NCBI GenBank assembly: GCA_002269645.1
Contig: NIVC01000119.1
Coordinates: 173,323-237,322 of the forward strand
Direction: 5' to 3'
DNA: 64,000 nt
Origin: Macrostomum lignano
Taxonomy: Eukaryota
Of this stretch, positions 22,150-34,000 are shown piece by piece. Position numbers and translations under genes: made by a program. The notes below the pieces were generated by a model, which saw nothing but the letters and a program-made list of their open reading frames with translations, was not told the origin of the DNA and searched no databases. Position 1 is the first letter of the stretch; every line of letters begins with the position of its first letter.

Positions 22150-25100
22150 TCAACAGGTCGCCGTGTAAAAATCCGGCCGCCAGCGCTGCCTGCCCGACCA
22201 GCGCACCGTGTTGCCGGGTTCAGCCGCGTCCAGGTTGCGCAGCGGCTCCCAGGCGTCCGGGCCGGCCAGCTGGCCCGCGGCGTCCTCGACGCTCTGACAG
22301 TCGTCCTCGGTGGCCGGCTTGGCTGGTGGCCTGCCGCTCAGATTCGGTCGGTCGATAAAGCGCTTCAAGCGGTCGTGGTGGACCAGCAAGCGGCGCCTGC
22401 CGTTCACAGCCTGCAGCCGGTAGTTCACAGGGTGACCTTCTTAAGGACGATGAACGGACTGGACCACCGGTTCGACAGCGACTTGCACTGGCCGCGCTTC
22501 ATCGCATGGTGCGTCAGCATCACTCGGTCACCGGTCTTGAAGTCGGTAGTCTCTGCCCCTAGGTTGTAGAACTCGTGCTGCGATTTCTGGGCCGTGTGCA
22601 GGTGCGCCCGCACTACCTGAAAGCCGCGCCTGATTCTCGCCTGCAGGTCCGCGCAGTCGCGGCTGGTCGCGCTGCCCACCGAGTGCCAAGTCGACCGGCA
22701 GTCTGGGCTCGATGCCGCGTAGCACTTTGAACGGCGACTCGCCCGTGGAGCTGTGCTCAGAGCTGTTGTAGGCCCACACGACATAGGGCAGCAGGGCGTC
22801 CCAGCTGGCCTGATTCTCTGAGCAGAATGCGGAGAGCATGTTGCCCAGCGTCCTATTGAACCTCTCGACGTTCCCGTTGCCGCTGGGGTGAAACGGTGAG
22901 GTCCTCGATTTTTCTGCTCCGAGCAGCGCGCAGGTCTGCTTGAAAACTTCGGCCTCAAACTGGCGACCTTGGTCCGAGTGCACGACCTCCGGAACTCCGT
23001 GCCGCAGCACCACACAGGTCACCAGAGCCTCGGCTACCGTCTTGGCGTCGATCTGGCTGAGGGCCGCCGCCTCCACCCACTTTGAAAATGTGTCGACAAA
23101 GCAGATGATGTAGCGCTTGCCAGAGTCGGTGACTGGCAGTGGGCCCTTGATGTCGAGTTGCATGACAGCCTACGGCTTGGCCGGTAGCGGCTGCCGCACC
23201 AGCTCAGCGCGCGCTCGCTTTGGCGCTCCCTTGCGTCGTTGGCAGACCAGGCAGCTCCGCACCCAGTCCCGCACGTCCTCGCGCATGTCCGGCCACCAGG
23301 AACGCTCGCGCAGAGCCCGCAGCACCCACCGCTGTCCGAGGTGACCCGCGCTCGGCCGGTCGTGCGCCTGGTGCAGCAGCTCCGCTCTCATGTGCTGGGG
23401 GATCACCGGCAACCCGTTGTGGAGCAGTGCGCCGTCCGGTGACAGCGTCAGACAGGGCAGCAGCTTCTGGACCGATGCACTCACCGCCGCCGGAACTTGA
23501 AAGTTGGGCTGGAGCATCGCGTGCCGAACCGCGTGCAGAACCTGGTCCTGGTCCTGCTCGTCAGGCAGATTAGCGATCTGGAACTGCACCGCCGCTGCTC
23601 GGCTGAGGGTGTCTGGCACGATGTTCTCCTTGCCGGGCCGGTACAGGATTTCCAGGGGGAACTCCTGAATGAGCTGTAGCCAACGTGCCAGCCGACCGGT
23701 TGGCTCCTTCGCGTTGAGCAGCCCAGTGATCGGCTTGTGGTCGGTGAACACCTGGATCTTGCAGCTGTTGCTCAGGTACATGCGGAACTGCTTGAGGCTC
23801 CAAACAATCGCGAGCAGCTCCCGGTCCGTGGTGCTGTAGTTGCGCTCTGCCTTGCTCAGCGTCCGGGAAGCGTAGGCCACTGGCAGCTCCTGGCCGTCGC
23901 GCTCCTGGCTGAGCACCGCACCCAAGGCCACAGCACTGCTGTCACAGCTGATGACGATAGGCCGGCTGAAGTCGGGCAGCTGGAGCACCGGGGCCTGGGT
24001 CAGCGCGTCCTTCAACTTGTTCAGCACCGCAGCATGCTCTGACGTCCACACGAAGCCGCCGCCCGCGCCTTTCTGAGCCAGGTGATGCAGCGGTTTGGCA
24101 ATGTCAGAGAAGTTGGGCACGAACCTGCGGTAGAAGCTGAGCATGCCGATGATGCGTCGAACATCCTCCTCAGACTGCGGCTCCGGCATCCGCCTGATCG
24201 CCTCGACCTTCTCCGCGGCAGGTGCGATGCCGCTCTCAGAGACTTGGTGACCCAGGTACGTGACGCTCCGGTAGGCAAAGAAGCTCTTGCCTGGGTTCAG
24301 CTTCAGCTTGGCAGACCGCAGTCGATGCAGCACCTTGGACAGTGACTGAACGTGGTTCTCAAAGTCCCTGTTGAAGATGATCAGGTCATCAATGTACGCG
24401 ATGACCTCCTCCCAGCTCAGGCCGGTCATGATGAGCTCCATCATTTGCTGGTACGTCGCAGGCGCGTTGCACATGCCGAATCCCATTTTGCGGAATTGCA
24501 TCAGGCCGCTCGGAGTGTAGAACGGTGTCAACGGCCGATCCTCCTCTCTGACCTCCACCTGAAGGAAGCCTTGGCGCATGTCGATCGTAGAGAACCATGA
24601 GCAGCCAGCCAAGGAGTCGAGCGCTTGGTGCAAATGCGGCAGCGGGTGGGCGTCCTTCACTGTGAGGTTGTTCAGCGCTCGCCAGTCTACACAGACTCGG
24701 ATGTCATTATTCTTCTTTCTGACGATTATCAGGTTGCTCGCCCACGGGCTGGTGGAGGGCTCGATGACGCCGTGTTGTCGCATCTGCTCCAGCTTCTCGT
24801 CCACTTGCCTCCTGAAGGCGTGAGGCACCCGCCGAGGCCGTTGGCGAATCGGGCGAGCGCCGTCGTCCAGCTCAATCTTGTGCTGCGCTGCGCTGCTCGT
24901 ACCAACGTCGAACTCATGGACTCATGCAAATGCCCTCAGCAGCATTGCTAAACGGTTGCTGTCCTCCTCCGGCAGCTCCGGATTGATGTTGAACTGGTCT
25001 GCGGGGCCTCGCCACTCGTGCACGTCCTCGTCCTGGTCGATAACCTCCGCGCTCTCGAAGGTGCCGATGCTCTGGTTGGAGAACAGCGTGACCGGGCTGC

Positions 25101-25791
25101 AGCTGAGGTTGCACACCTGAACCGGAATCTTGCCGCTCTCTGAAGACACCGCGAACACGCGGCCGGGCAGCACTCCGATTCTGTCGATGAACTCCTGTGA
25201 CAGCTCGAAGATGCCATGTGCCTGCTTGGTCTCGGTCGTCACGTCCACCACTTTAACTGACCTTGGCGGTACCACGACGGCGCCCTGAACTCTGGCGATG
25301 ATCACTGTGGGTACCAAGCAACAAGACAGCGGGCCATCTTGCTTGGAATCACAGTTACTGAACGGAACCGCCTCACCATCGAATGCGACTGTCTTGGCAC
25401 CCTGGTCAATGCTGAACTGCGATCTGGCCGGCTTGCTCACGAAATCCATCCCCAGGATGAAGTCTGGGCGAATCCCTCTGACCACCAGCACGTCCATTTG
25501 TCTGCGCAGCTGATGACTGAGTCGCACCGTAATGCTCACGCTTCCTAACAGCTCGAGAACGGAGCCGTCCACGGACACAGGCCTGACATCTGCCGGCTTC
25601 AGCTCGCAGCGACCATCCAGCTCTCTCAAAGCAACGTCGCTGATCAGCGAGGTCTGCGCTCCGGTGTCCAGCAGCCAGCGGCACGGCTTGCCGTTTGCCT
25701 CTCCAGGTATAAAAATAGCATGAAGCACGGGATTGCTCCTTGGGGTTGGTGTGGGTCCCGCACCCGTTGCACCAACCCTTAAAAGTTTCCC
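22150..25791 (-). pseudogene. pol: Gypsy pol (protease-RT-RNase H-integrase), disrupted
   Basis: Protease LLDTGA; RT YIDD; RNase H CDSS/DRELLAI/TDHKP; integrase HHCC plus D(QLDIKGP)-D(HSDQG)-E(NVERFN) and WSSPF. In-frame TGA at 24922-24924 and TAG at 23170-23172; frameshifts near 22640-22680 and 22431-22433. Confidence 0.93.
25743..25791 (-). other. Programmed -1 ribosomal frameshift signal at the gag-pol junction
   Basis: Slippery heptamer G GGA AAC (25791-25785), 6-nt spacer, then a 9-bp stem GGGTTGGTG / CACCAACCC. Pol lies in the -1 frame of gag. Confidence 0.8.
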
Positions 25792-26600
25792 GGAGCCTTC
25801 GATGGGCAGACAGAGGCCTTGTGCCCCCGCCCAGAGCACTTGTGGCAGATGATCGGACCTGGCTGTTTCTCTCGCTGCTGACATTGCGCTGCACGGTGTC
25901 CGAGCTGGCCGCAGTTGAAGCAGCCGCCTCCTCGCTGTTGACGGCGACGCCGAGTGTCGGTACCCGACTGTACGCTGACCCTCGCGATGAGCTCCTCCAT
26001 GCGTTTCTCCAGTCGGTCCAGGCGGTCCTCGCTTGGTTCTGCCGATGATGTAGCGCTGACGGCTCCGACTGCCGCCACCGACTGTCGCCCAGCCAGCTCC
26101 TCCAGCCGAGCCGCCCGCTGCAGCAGAGTCTCCAGGCTGCAGGTCTCTGCGTCCTCTGCCTTAAGCAGGTTGTCACGAATGTCGGCCTTGAGCAGCTGCA
26201 GAAGCTTGAAGCGCACATCTCGGTCTCGCTGAGCAATTGAGTCCTCCGGTCTGGCTTTCTGGTGTAGCAGCTTCAGGTTAAAGCAGAGCTCACGCAGTGT
26301 CTCGGCATCTCCACGTTTCCTTGCGTAGAAGTCGCTCATGGCCTTAAAGCTGTCGGCTTCGCCTCCATAAAACTTTGTGAGGTCCTCCTTTATACTTTTA
26401 AAACTCTTTTGTCTTGTCTCGGCCAGGTCCCAGACGACCAGTTGGGCTTCTCCCGTGAGCAGCAGCTTCACCTTCGACGCTGAGGTCGCGTCGTCCCATT
26501 TCGCATCGTTGGCGAATTCCTCAAAGATGCGCAGCCACTTTCTCACGTCAGTGCCGTCTGTTCCACTGAACTTTGGCGGTAGAAGGGTGTTCTGGGCCAT
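25779..26600 (-). CDS. gag: Gypsy gag, 273 aa, with two CCHC zinc knuckles
   Basis: MAQNTLLPPKFSG...WLRIFEEFA; CFNCGQLGHRAAQC and CHKCSGRGHKASVC; open frame. Confidence 0.9.
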   Translation of the reverse strand: MAQNTLLPPKFSGTDGTDVRKWLRIFEEFANDAKWDDATSASKVKLLLTGEAQLVVWDLAETRQKSFKSIKEDLTKFYGGEADSFKAMSDFYARKRGDAETLRELCFNLKLLHQKARPEDSIAQRDRDVRFKLLQLLKADIRDNLLKAEDAETCSLETLLQRAARLEELAGRQSVAAVGAVSATSSAEPSEDRLDRLEKRMEELIARVSVQSGTDTRRRRQQRGGGCFNCGQLGHRAAQCQQREKQPGPIICHKCSGRGHKASVCPSKAPGNF

Positions 26601-26622
26601 GAGTGCACTTGCACTGGGTTCT

Positions 26623-26633
26623 CGCTGCCACCA
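26623..26633 (-). promoter_or_regulatory. Primer-binding site complementary to the tRNA-Leu 3' end
   Basis: TGGTGGCAGCG, 1 nt inside the 5' LTR, complements ...CGCTGCCA-CCA of eukaryotic tRNA-Leu. Confidence 0.75.
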
Positions 26634-26634
26634 A

Positions 26635-26843
26635 TGTAAGAGGCGATAATTTAGAGTAAGTTTACGAAGTATATTTTGATGCACGATAATTTACGAGCGA
26701 TTAAATAGTCAGCGATGATAGATCGATTAAAGTGACTCACCCAACTGGGGTGGTGGGCATGTACAGAGAAGAAAGCGAGATGCAAGTACATATACTAATA
26801 GAGCAGCCCCCACCCCGACGGCCGAACCAAACGCAACCCTACA
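26635..26843 (-). repeat. 5' LTR of the Gypsy element
   Basis: Direct repeat of 21832-22041, followed on minus by the PBS. Confidence 0.95.
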
Positions 26844-27340
26844 CTACTATCACCTTGCATCTCACTACTATCACCCTGCATCTCAATACTATCACCCTGA
26901 ATCTCACTACTATCACCCTGAATCTCCCTACATGTAACATGACCCTGCATCTCACTACTATCACCCTGCATCTCACTACTATCACCCTGCATCTCACTAC
27001 TATCACCCTGAATCTCCCTACATGTAACATGACCCTGCATCTCACTACTATCACCCTGAATCTCCCTACATGTAACATGACCCTGCATCTCACTACTATC
27101 ACCCTGAATCTCCCTACATGTAACATGACCCTGCATCTCACTACTATCACTCTGCATCTCACTACTGTCACCCTTAATCTCCCTACATGTAGTATCACCC
27201 TACATCTCCCTACTATCGCCCTGCATCTAATTACTATCGCCCTGCATCTAATTACTATCGCCCTGCATCTAATTACTATCGCCCTGCATCTAATTATTAT
27301 CACCCTGCATCTCACTACTTTCACCCTGAATCTCCCTCCT
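26844..27340. repeat. 21-bp minisatellite, right arm, with a 48-bp compound variant
   Basis: CATCTCACTACTATCACCCTG units plus ATCTCCCTACATGTAACATGACC inserts. Confidence 0.9.
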
Positions 27341-28035
27341 GTATCCCGGGCTATGGGCACCCTGGCGCAATGCCTTCGGCGACTTCGGTCCCACAACCAA
27401 CGCTGAGGCAAATCTACCCAATCCGCTGACTCCAGAGCATTGTAAACTGGGACATTTTTTAGCCACTCACTCGTCTATACGGGCTATTTTATTTTATAGT
27501 GTGGTGCAAACTGGAGGCGGATTTGGATCAATTGACGGGAAAATTTGGACATGACCAATTATCTCCCTCCTTGAATGTAATTAACACCTTTACGTGTAAT
27601 CTCCAATCTGTCTTGTTTGTGTCTCGCAGTTTTATGTAGCTGCTGATCAACCAGCAAATCATGGGCTTAGTTTTTAATTACTTAATTACCTGTAATTATC
27701 AATTAGATTTATTTGGATTGGTCACAATTCAGTCCGACTCTATCCAACAAACCTATTGTCAGCGGTGGACAGGTGTAATAAGTATAGCTATCTATTATCT
27801 AATCAGATAATTATTAGATAAAAGATTCCTACACGTCAGTAGAAACTAATTACATGTACTCAGTAGTGTGTTGAATTACACTCAAATTATTAGCAATGTT
27901 ACCTGTCGTTTAAATAGCCTGGGTCTGGGCGTTATGCTGGCTAATGGCCATGAGTGGCTCGTATTTAAGGAAGAGAATTTATATTTTGCATTGATTTTCA
28001 AGACATTGTCTTTAGACAATTCTTTGTTATTGAAA

Positions 28036-31000
28036 ATGAAGCAGTTATCTATTGTTTACCTGTTAATTGTGGCCATTCAACTGCACCCTGCACCTGTTGC
28101 TGGGCAGTTTCCTGTGGCCTGCTTGAGCAATGCTACTCAGCCTAATGCCGTGTGTTGCCCTGCGCCTCAAGGTGAGCAACCAGTGATATCCCCTGCACTC
28201 TACCAGTGATATACCCTGCACTCTACCAGTGGTATCCCCTGCACTCTACCAGTGATATACGCTGCACTCTACCAGTGATATACCCTGCACTCTACCAGTG
28301 ATATCCCCTGCATTCTACCAGTAATATACGCTGCACTCTACCAGTGATATACGCTGCACTCTACCAGTGATATCCCCTGCACTCTACCAGTGATATCCCC
28401 TGCACTCTACCAGTGATATCCCCTGCACTCTACCAGTGATATCCCCTGCACTCTACCAGTGATATACGCTGCACTCTACCAGTGATATACGCTGCACTCT
28501 ACCAGTGATATACGCTGCACTCTACCAGTGATATACGCTGCACTCTACCAGTGATATACGCTGCACTCTACCAGTGATATACGCTGCACTCTACCAGTGA
28601 TATACGCTGCACTCTACCAGTGATATACGCTGCACTCTACCAGTGATATACCCTGCACTCTACCAGTGGTATCCCCTGCACTCTACCAGTGATATCCCCT
28701 GCACTCTACCAGTGATGTCCCCTGCACTCTACCAGTGATATCCCCTGCATTCTACCAGTAATATACGCTGCACTCTACCAGTGATATACGCTGCACTCTA
28801 CCAGTGATATACGCTGCACTCTACCAGTGATATACGCTGCACTCTACCAGTGATATCCCCTGCACTCTACCAGTGATATACGCTGCACTCTACCAGTGAT
28901 ATACGCTGCACTCTACCAGTGATATACGCTGCACTCTACCAGTGATATACGCTGCACTCTACCAGTGATATACGCTGCACTCTACCAGTGATATACGCTG
29001 CACTCTACCAGTGATATACGCTGCACTCTACCAGTGATATACGCTGCACTCTACCAGTGATATCCCCTGCATTCTACCAGTAATATACGCTGCACTCTAC
29101 CAGTGATATACGCTGCACTCTACCAGTGATATACGCTGCACTCTACCAGTGATATACGCTGCACTCTACTAGTGATATACCCTAAACTCTGCCAGTGACC
29201 CTTCACTAGACTGACTCCACTAGTGACTTAAACTACCCTAACCCTACATGTATACCAGTTGACTCACCTTAAAATCTAACAGTGACCAACGGCCTAACTC
29301 ATTGATCTACCTTACAATTGACCCTTGGCATCCTAGCAACCCCCCATGAGCTTCGACTTCTCAGCAATTCACCCCGAGCCTTAACATCTCAACACCAAGT
29401 GCACCAGCAATACAAAAGTAACTATATTCAGCTTGTCCGCACACGAAGGTTCCGCCGTCCCCTGCGGCGGCCCCCAGCGCGGCGCCTGCGTCGCCATAAC
29501 GACGGCCGCTGTAGACGAAGATCCGCCCAGCGAAGAGCTGCGCAACGACGACCGGCTGTCCTGGCCGCTGAGATTCTTCGCCTTCGCCTGCCAGTGCCGG
29601 CCGGCGTTCTGGGGCGCCGACTGCGGCGAATCCGCGCCGTTGCGCCCTCGATTGCGCAAAAACGCGCTTAATATGAGCGCAGAGGAGCGACTGCTGCTGC
29701 GACAGGTGGATGCTTAATTAGTGTTGATGTCTTATGCTTTTGCTCCATGTTTTCTAAACTAACAATGTTTTTCTAGCTTTAATTTTACTCATTCTAAATT
29801 CTAACCCGCGACTTTCGGGTTGAAGATTTCAGCGCGATAGACCACTGACCCCCTGTCGCAAACAATCAATACGAACGTTAGTTATATGCGTAAATTTTAT
29901 ATAAACTATACTTAACTCTATCACAAGTGAGACTTGAACTCGCGTCCTTTAGATTATAGGTTAAATCCGCTAGACCACCATGCTACGATCTGCCTCGCTT
30001 CTTATGGAATATTTCAAACTGTAGAATCAATCGCTAAACACCACAAGGTTCTGGTTGCATCAAAGAACGAGTCGAGCGGTTGGGCCGTCCTGAACATCAG
30101 CAGCTCAGCCAATGGCGACCCGGCTACGCCAGACAAAGTCTCTTTCGTAAACGTCAGCGTCTACGACCTCTTAGTCTATCTGCATCTGTACTCATCGAGG
30201 AGCACCCTGCTTGAGCCGGTGATGCCTGACGAAGGAGCTGCTGGCGAGGACGGCGGCGAAGAGGGCTCGTGTCCGCGGTCCCGCCATCAGCTGGACTTTG
30301 CTCACCGAGGTCCGGGGTTCCTGCCCTGGCATCGGCACTATCTTCTACTAGCGGAGGCCCTATTCGCCAACATTGCTAAGAGCCGCTTCGGAGCCGAGGA
30401 CTTCTCGTTACCCTATTGGGATTGGACTGGAAAGTCTGTTTGCGACGTCTGCACCAGCGATCTGGTCGGGCCAGTTGGAAATGCAACCGGTAAAGTGTAC
30501 ACTCGATTGGGAGTCCTTGGGATTGGAGATGGTGTGGATTGGATTGGAGTGCATTGAAATTTGCACAGTGAGAATGGGAATCGTGAGGGTGATTACACAG
30601 CAATAGAGAAGGTGATTACACAGCAATAGAGAAGGTGATTACACAGTAATAGAGAGGGTGATTACACAGCAACAGAGAGGGTGATTACACAGCAACAGAG
30701 AGGGTGATTACACAGCAACAGAGAGGGTGATTACACAGCAACAGAGAGGGTGATTACACAGCAACAGAGAGGGTGATTACACAGTAATAGAGAAGGTGAT
30801 TACACAGCAATAGAGAAGGTGATTACACAGCAATAGAGGTGATTACACAGCAATAGAGAAGGTGATTACACAGCAATAGAGAAGGTGATTACACAGTAAT
30901 AGAGAGGGTGATTACACAGTAATAGAGAAGGTGATTACACAGTAATAGAGAGGGTGATTACACAGTAATAGAGAAGGTGATTACACAGCAACAGTGAAGG

Positions 31001-34000
31001 TGATTACACAGTAACAGAAGGGGTGATTACACAGTAATAGAGAGACTGATTACACAGTAATAGAGAAGGTGATTACACAGCAACAGAGAGGGTGATTACA
31101 CAGTAACAGAGAAGGTGATTACACAGCAACAGAGAGGGTGATTACACAGCAACAGAGAGGGTGATTACACAGCAACAGAGAGGGTGATTACACAGCAACA
31201 GAGAGGGTGATTACACAGCAACAGAGAGGGTGATTACACAGTAACAGAAGGGGTGATTACACAGCAACAGAGAGGGTGATTACACAGTAACAGAAGGGGC
31301 GATTACACAGTAATTCACCGCCAATCCCAACCATCCCTACACAGCGGACGACTCAGATCCCGATTCGGGTTTTGTCGGCGGCGATTTTGCCAACTTTCGC
31401 GCCTTCTGCCCGCGCCGTTCATCCCGGGCGCCTGTCACACCTGCGACCCGGCCAAGTTCCAGGACGTCGGCGGTGACGGAAGCAACGCGGAGCCATTGTG
31501 GAGGTCGTACAATGCCGATTTTTTCAATCAAGACAATGGTGACAATGGCGGATTACCCAGCATCGAGGAGACAGCCTACCTGCTAGTCAATGCAAGCCGC
31601 TATGACTCACCACCCTACAATCAGTCCGCAGCCAATGACAGCTTCCGCAACCTTCTGGAAGGCTTTGTCAACAGTAGCGGAGATTTTAGCACCGCTGGTC
31701 GGCAGTTTATGCATAACCTGGTGAGAATTAAAGAAATGCATTTTGGAGGTAATGACACCCATTTTAGGGGCAATGACACCCATTTTAGGGGCAATGACAC
31801 CCATTTAGGGGGCAATGACACCCATTTTAGGGGCAATGACACCCATTTTAGGGGCAATGACACCCATTTTAGGGGCAATGACACCCATTTTAGGGTCAAT
31901 GACACCCATTTTAGGGGCAATGACACCCATTTTAGGGGCAATGACACCCATTTTAGGGGCAATGACACCCATTTTAGGGGCAATGACACCCATTTTAGGG
32001 GCAATGACACCCATTTTAGGGGCAATGACACCCATTTAGGGGGCAATGACACCCATTTTAGGGTCAATGACACCCATTTTAGGGGCAATGACACCCATTT
32101 TAGGGTCAATGACACCCATTTTAGGGGCAATGACACCCATTTTAGGGGCAATGACACCCATTTTAGGGTCAATGACACCCATTTTAGGGGTAATGACACC
32201 CATTTTAGGGGTAATGATATCCATTTTAGGGGCAATGACACCCATTTTAGGGTCAATGACACCCATTTTAGGGGCAATGACACCCATTTTAGGGGCAATG
32301 ACACCCATTTTAGGGGCAATGACACCCATTTTAGGGCAATGACACCCATTTTAGGGGCAATGACACCCATTTTAGGGTCAATGACACCCATTTTAGGGGC
32401 AATGACACCCATTTTAGGGGCAATGACACCCATTTTAGGGTCAATGACACCCATTTTAGGGGCAATGACACCCATTTTAGGGGCAATGACACCCATTTTA
32501 GGGTCAATGACACCCATTTTAGGGGCAATGACACCCATTTTAGGGGCAATGACACCCATTTTAGGGGCAATGACACCATTTAAGAGGCAATGACACCCAT
32601 TTTAGGGGCAATGACACCCATTTTAGGGGCAATGACACCATTTAAGAGGCAATGACACCCATTTTAGGAGTAATGACACCCATTTTAGGGGTAATGACAC
32701 CCATTTTAGGAGTAATGACACCCATTTTAGGAGTAATGACACCCATTTTAGGGGTAATGACGCCCATTTTAGGAGTAATGACACCCATTTTAGGAGTAAT
32801 GACACCCATTTTAGGGTCAATGACACCCATTTTAGGGGCAATGACACCCATTTAGGGGGCAATGACACCCATTTTAGGGGCAATGACACCCATTTTAGGG
32901 GCAATGACACCCATTTTAGGGTCAATGACACCCATTTTAGGGGCAATGACACCCATTTTAGGGGCAATGACACCCATTTTAGGGGCAATGACACCCATTT
33001 TAGGGGCAATGACACCCATTTTAGGGGCAATGACACCCATTTTAGGGGCAATGACACCCATTTTAGGGGCAATGACACCCATTTTAGGGGCAATGACACC
33101 CATTTTAGGGGTAATGACACCCATTTTAGGAATAATGACACCCATTTTAGGGGCAATGACGCCCATTTTAGGAGTAATGAATCCTAATTTGGAGGTAATG
33201 ACACCCAATTTGTTTTAAAATTTACTTTGACCATCTGAATTCTATTTTCAACGTCTGACAAACATTTTGACACATTCGGTGTGCAACATTTCACCCTGAC
33301 AGGTGCACAGCTACATGAGAGGCACCTGGCTAGACGTGGCTCTCAGCCCGAACGATCCGCTATTCTGGCTTCATCACTGTTTCGTTGACAAACTATTCGA
33401 AGTGTGGCTTCGATCCAGCCCGGATGCGGCCGATCCCGATAAAAATCTGCCAGTCGATGGCGCACCGGTTGGTCACTCGCGTCGCTCAAATATGGTGCCA
33501 TTTTTTCCGCCCGTGACCGTGGCTGACCGGTTTGCCAGGTCCGACAGCTTGGGTTTTGGTTACGACACCCTGCAGCTGGAGACCGGGCTGGATGCTCTGG
33601 CGCTGAGGGGAGCTCCGGCCGCTGCTGAGTCTGGTAGAGTGGGAGAGGGGTAGGGTCGGTTGGGTAGGTTAGCTAGGGTTTTGGGTAGGTTAGGGTAGGT
33701 TTTGGGTAGGGTTTCGGTAGGTTTTGGGTAGGGTTTCGGTAGGTTTTGGGTAGGTTAGGGTAGGTTTTGGGTAGGGTTTCGGTAGGTTTTGGGTAGGGCT
33801 TCGGTAGGTTTTGGCTGGGTTAGGGTAGGTTTTGGGTAGGGTTTCGGTAGGTTTTGGGTAGGGTTTCGGTAGGTTTTGGGTAGGGCTTCGGAAGGCTTTG
33901 GGTAGGGTTTCGGTAGGTTTGGGCAAAGTAAGTAGGTTTGGGTAAAGTAGGTAGGTTTAGGTAGGGTTTCGGTAGGGTGAGTAGTAGGGTCAGAGACTAC

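Larger units (their letters stand above)
21832..26843 (-). mobile_element. Full-length Ty3/Gypsy LTR retrotransposon (~5.0 kb), disabled
   Basis: LTRs 21832-22041 and 26635-26843 (TGT...ACA; about 3 differences in 210 nt). 4-bp TSD CTAC at 21828-21831 and 26844-26847. PBS and PPT present; gag then PR-RT-RH-IN order. Confidence 0.96.

Noticed and set aside
23170-24924. Stop-codon readthrough or alternative genetic code in pol
   Set aside because: Two different stops plus frameshifts, and host genes end at standard stops; mutation or sequencing error is simpler.
31721-32593. GNDTHFR extension of the tyrosinase ORF
   Set aside because: Read-through into intron 4; the donor at 31721 joins CuB MHNL to VH at 33303.
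28180-33205. CRISPR-like regular repeats of 21-34 bp
   Set aside because: Head-to-tail units with no unique spacers, no cas genes and a eukaryotic intronic context.
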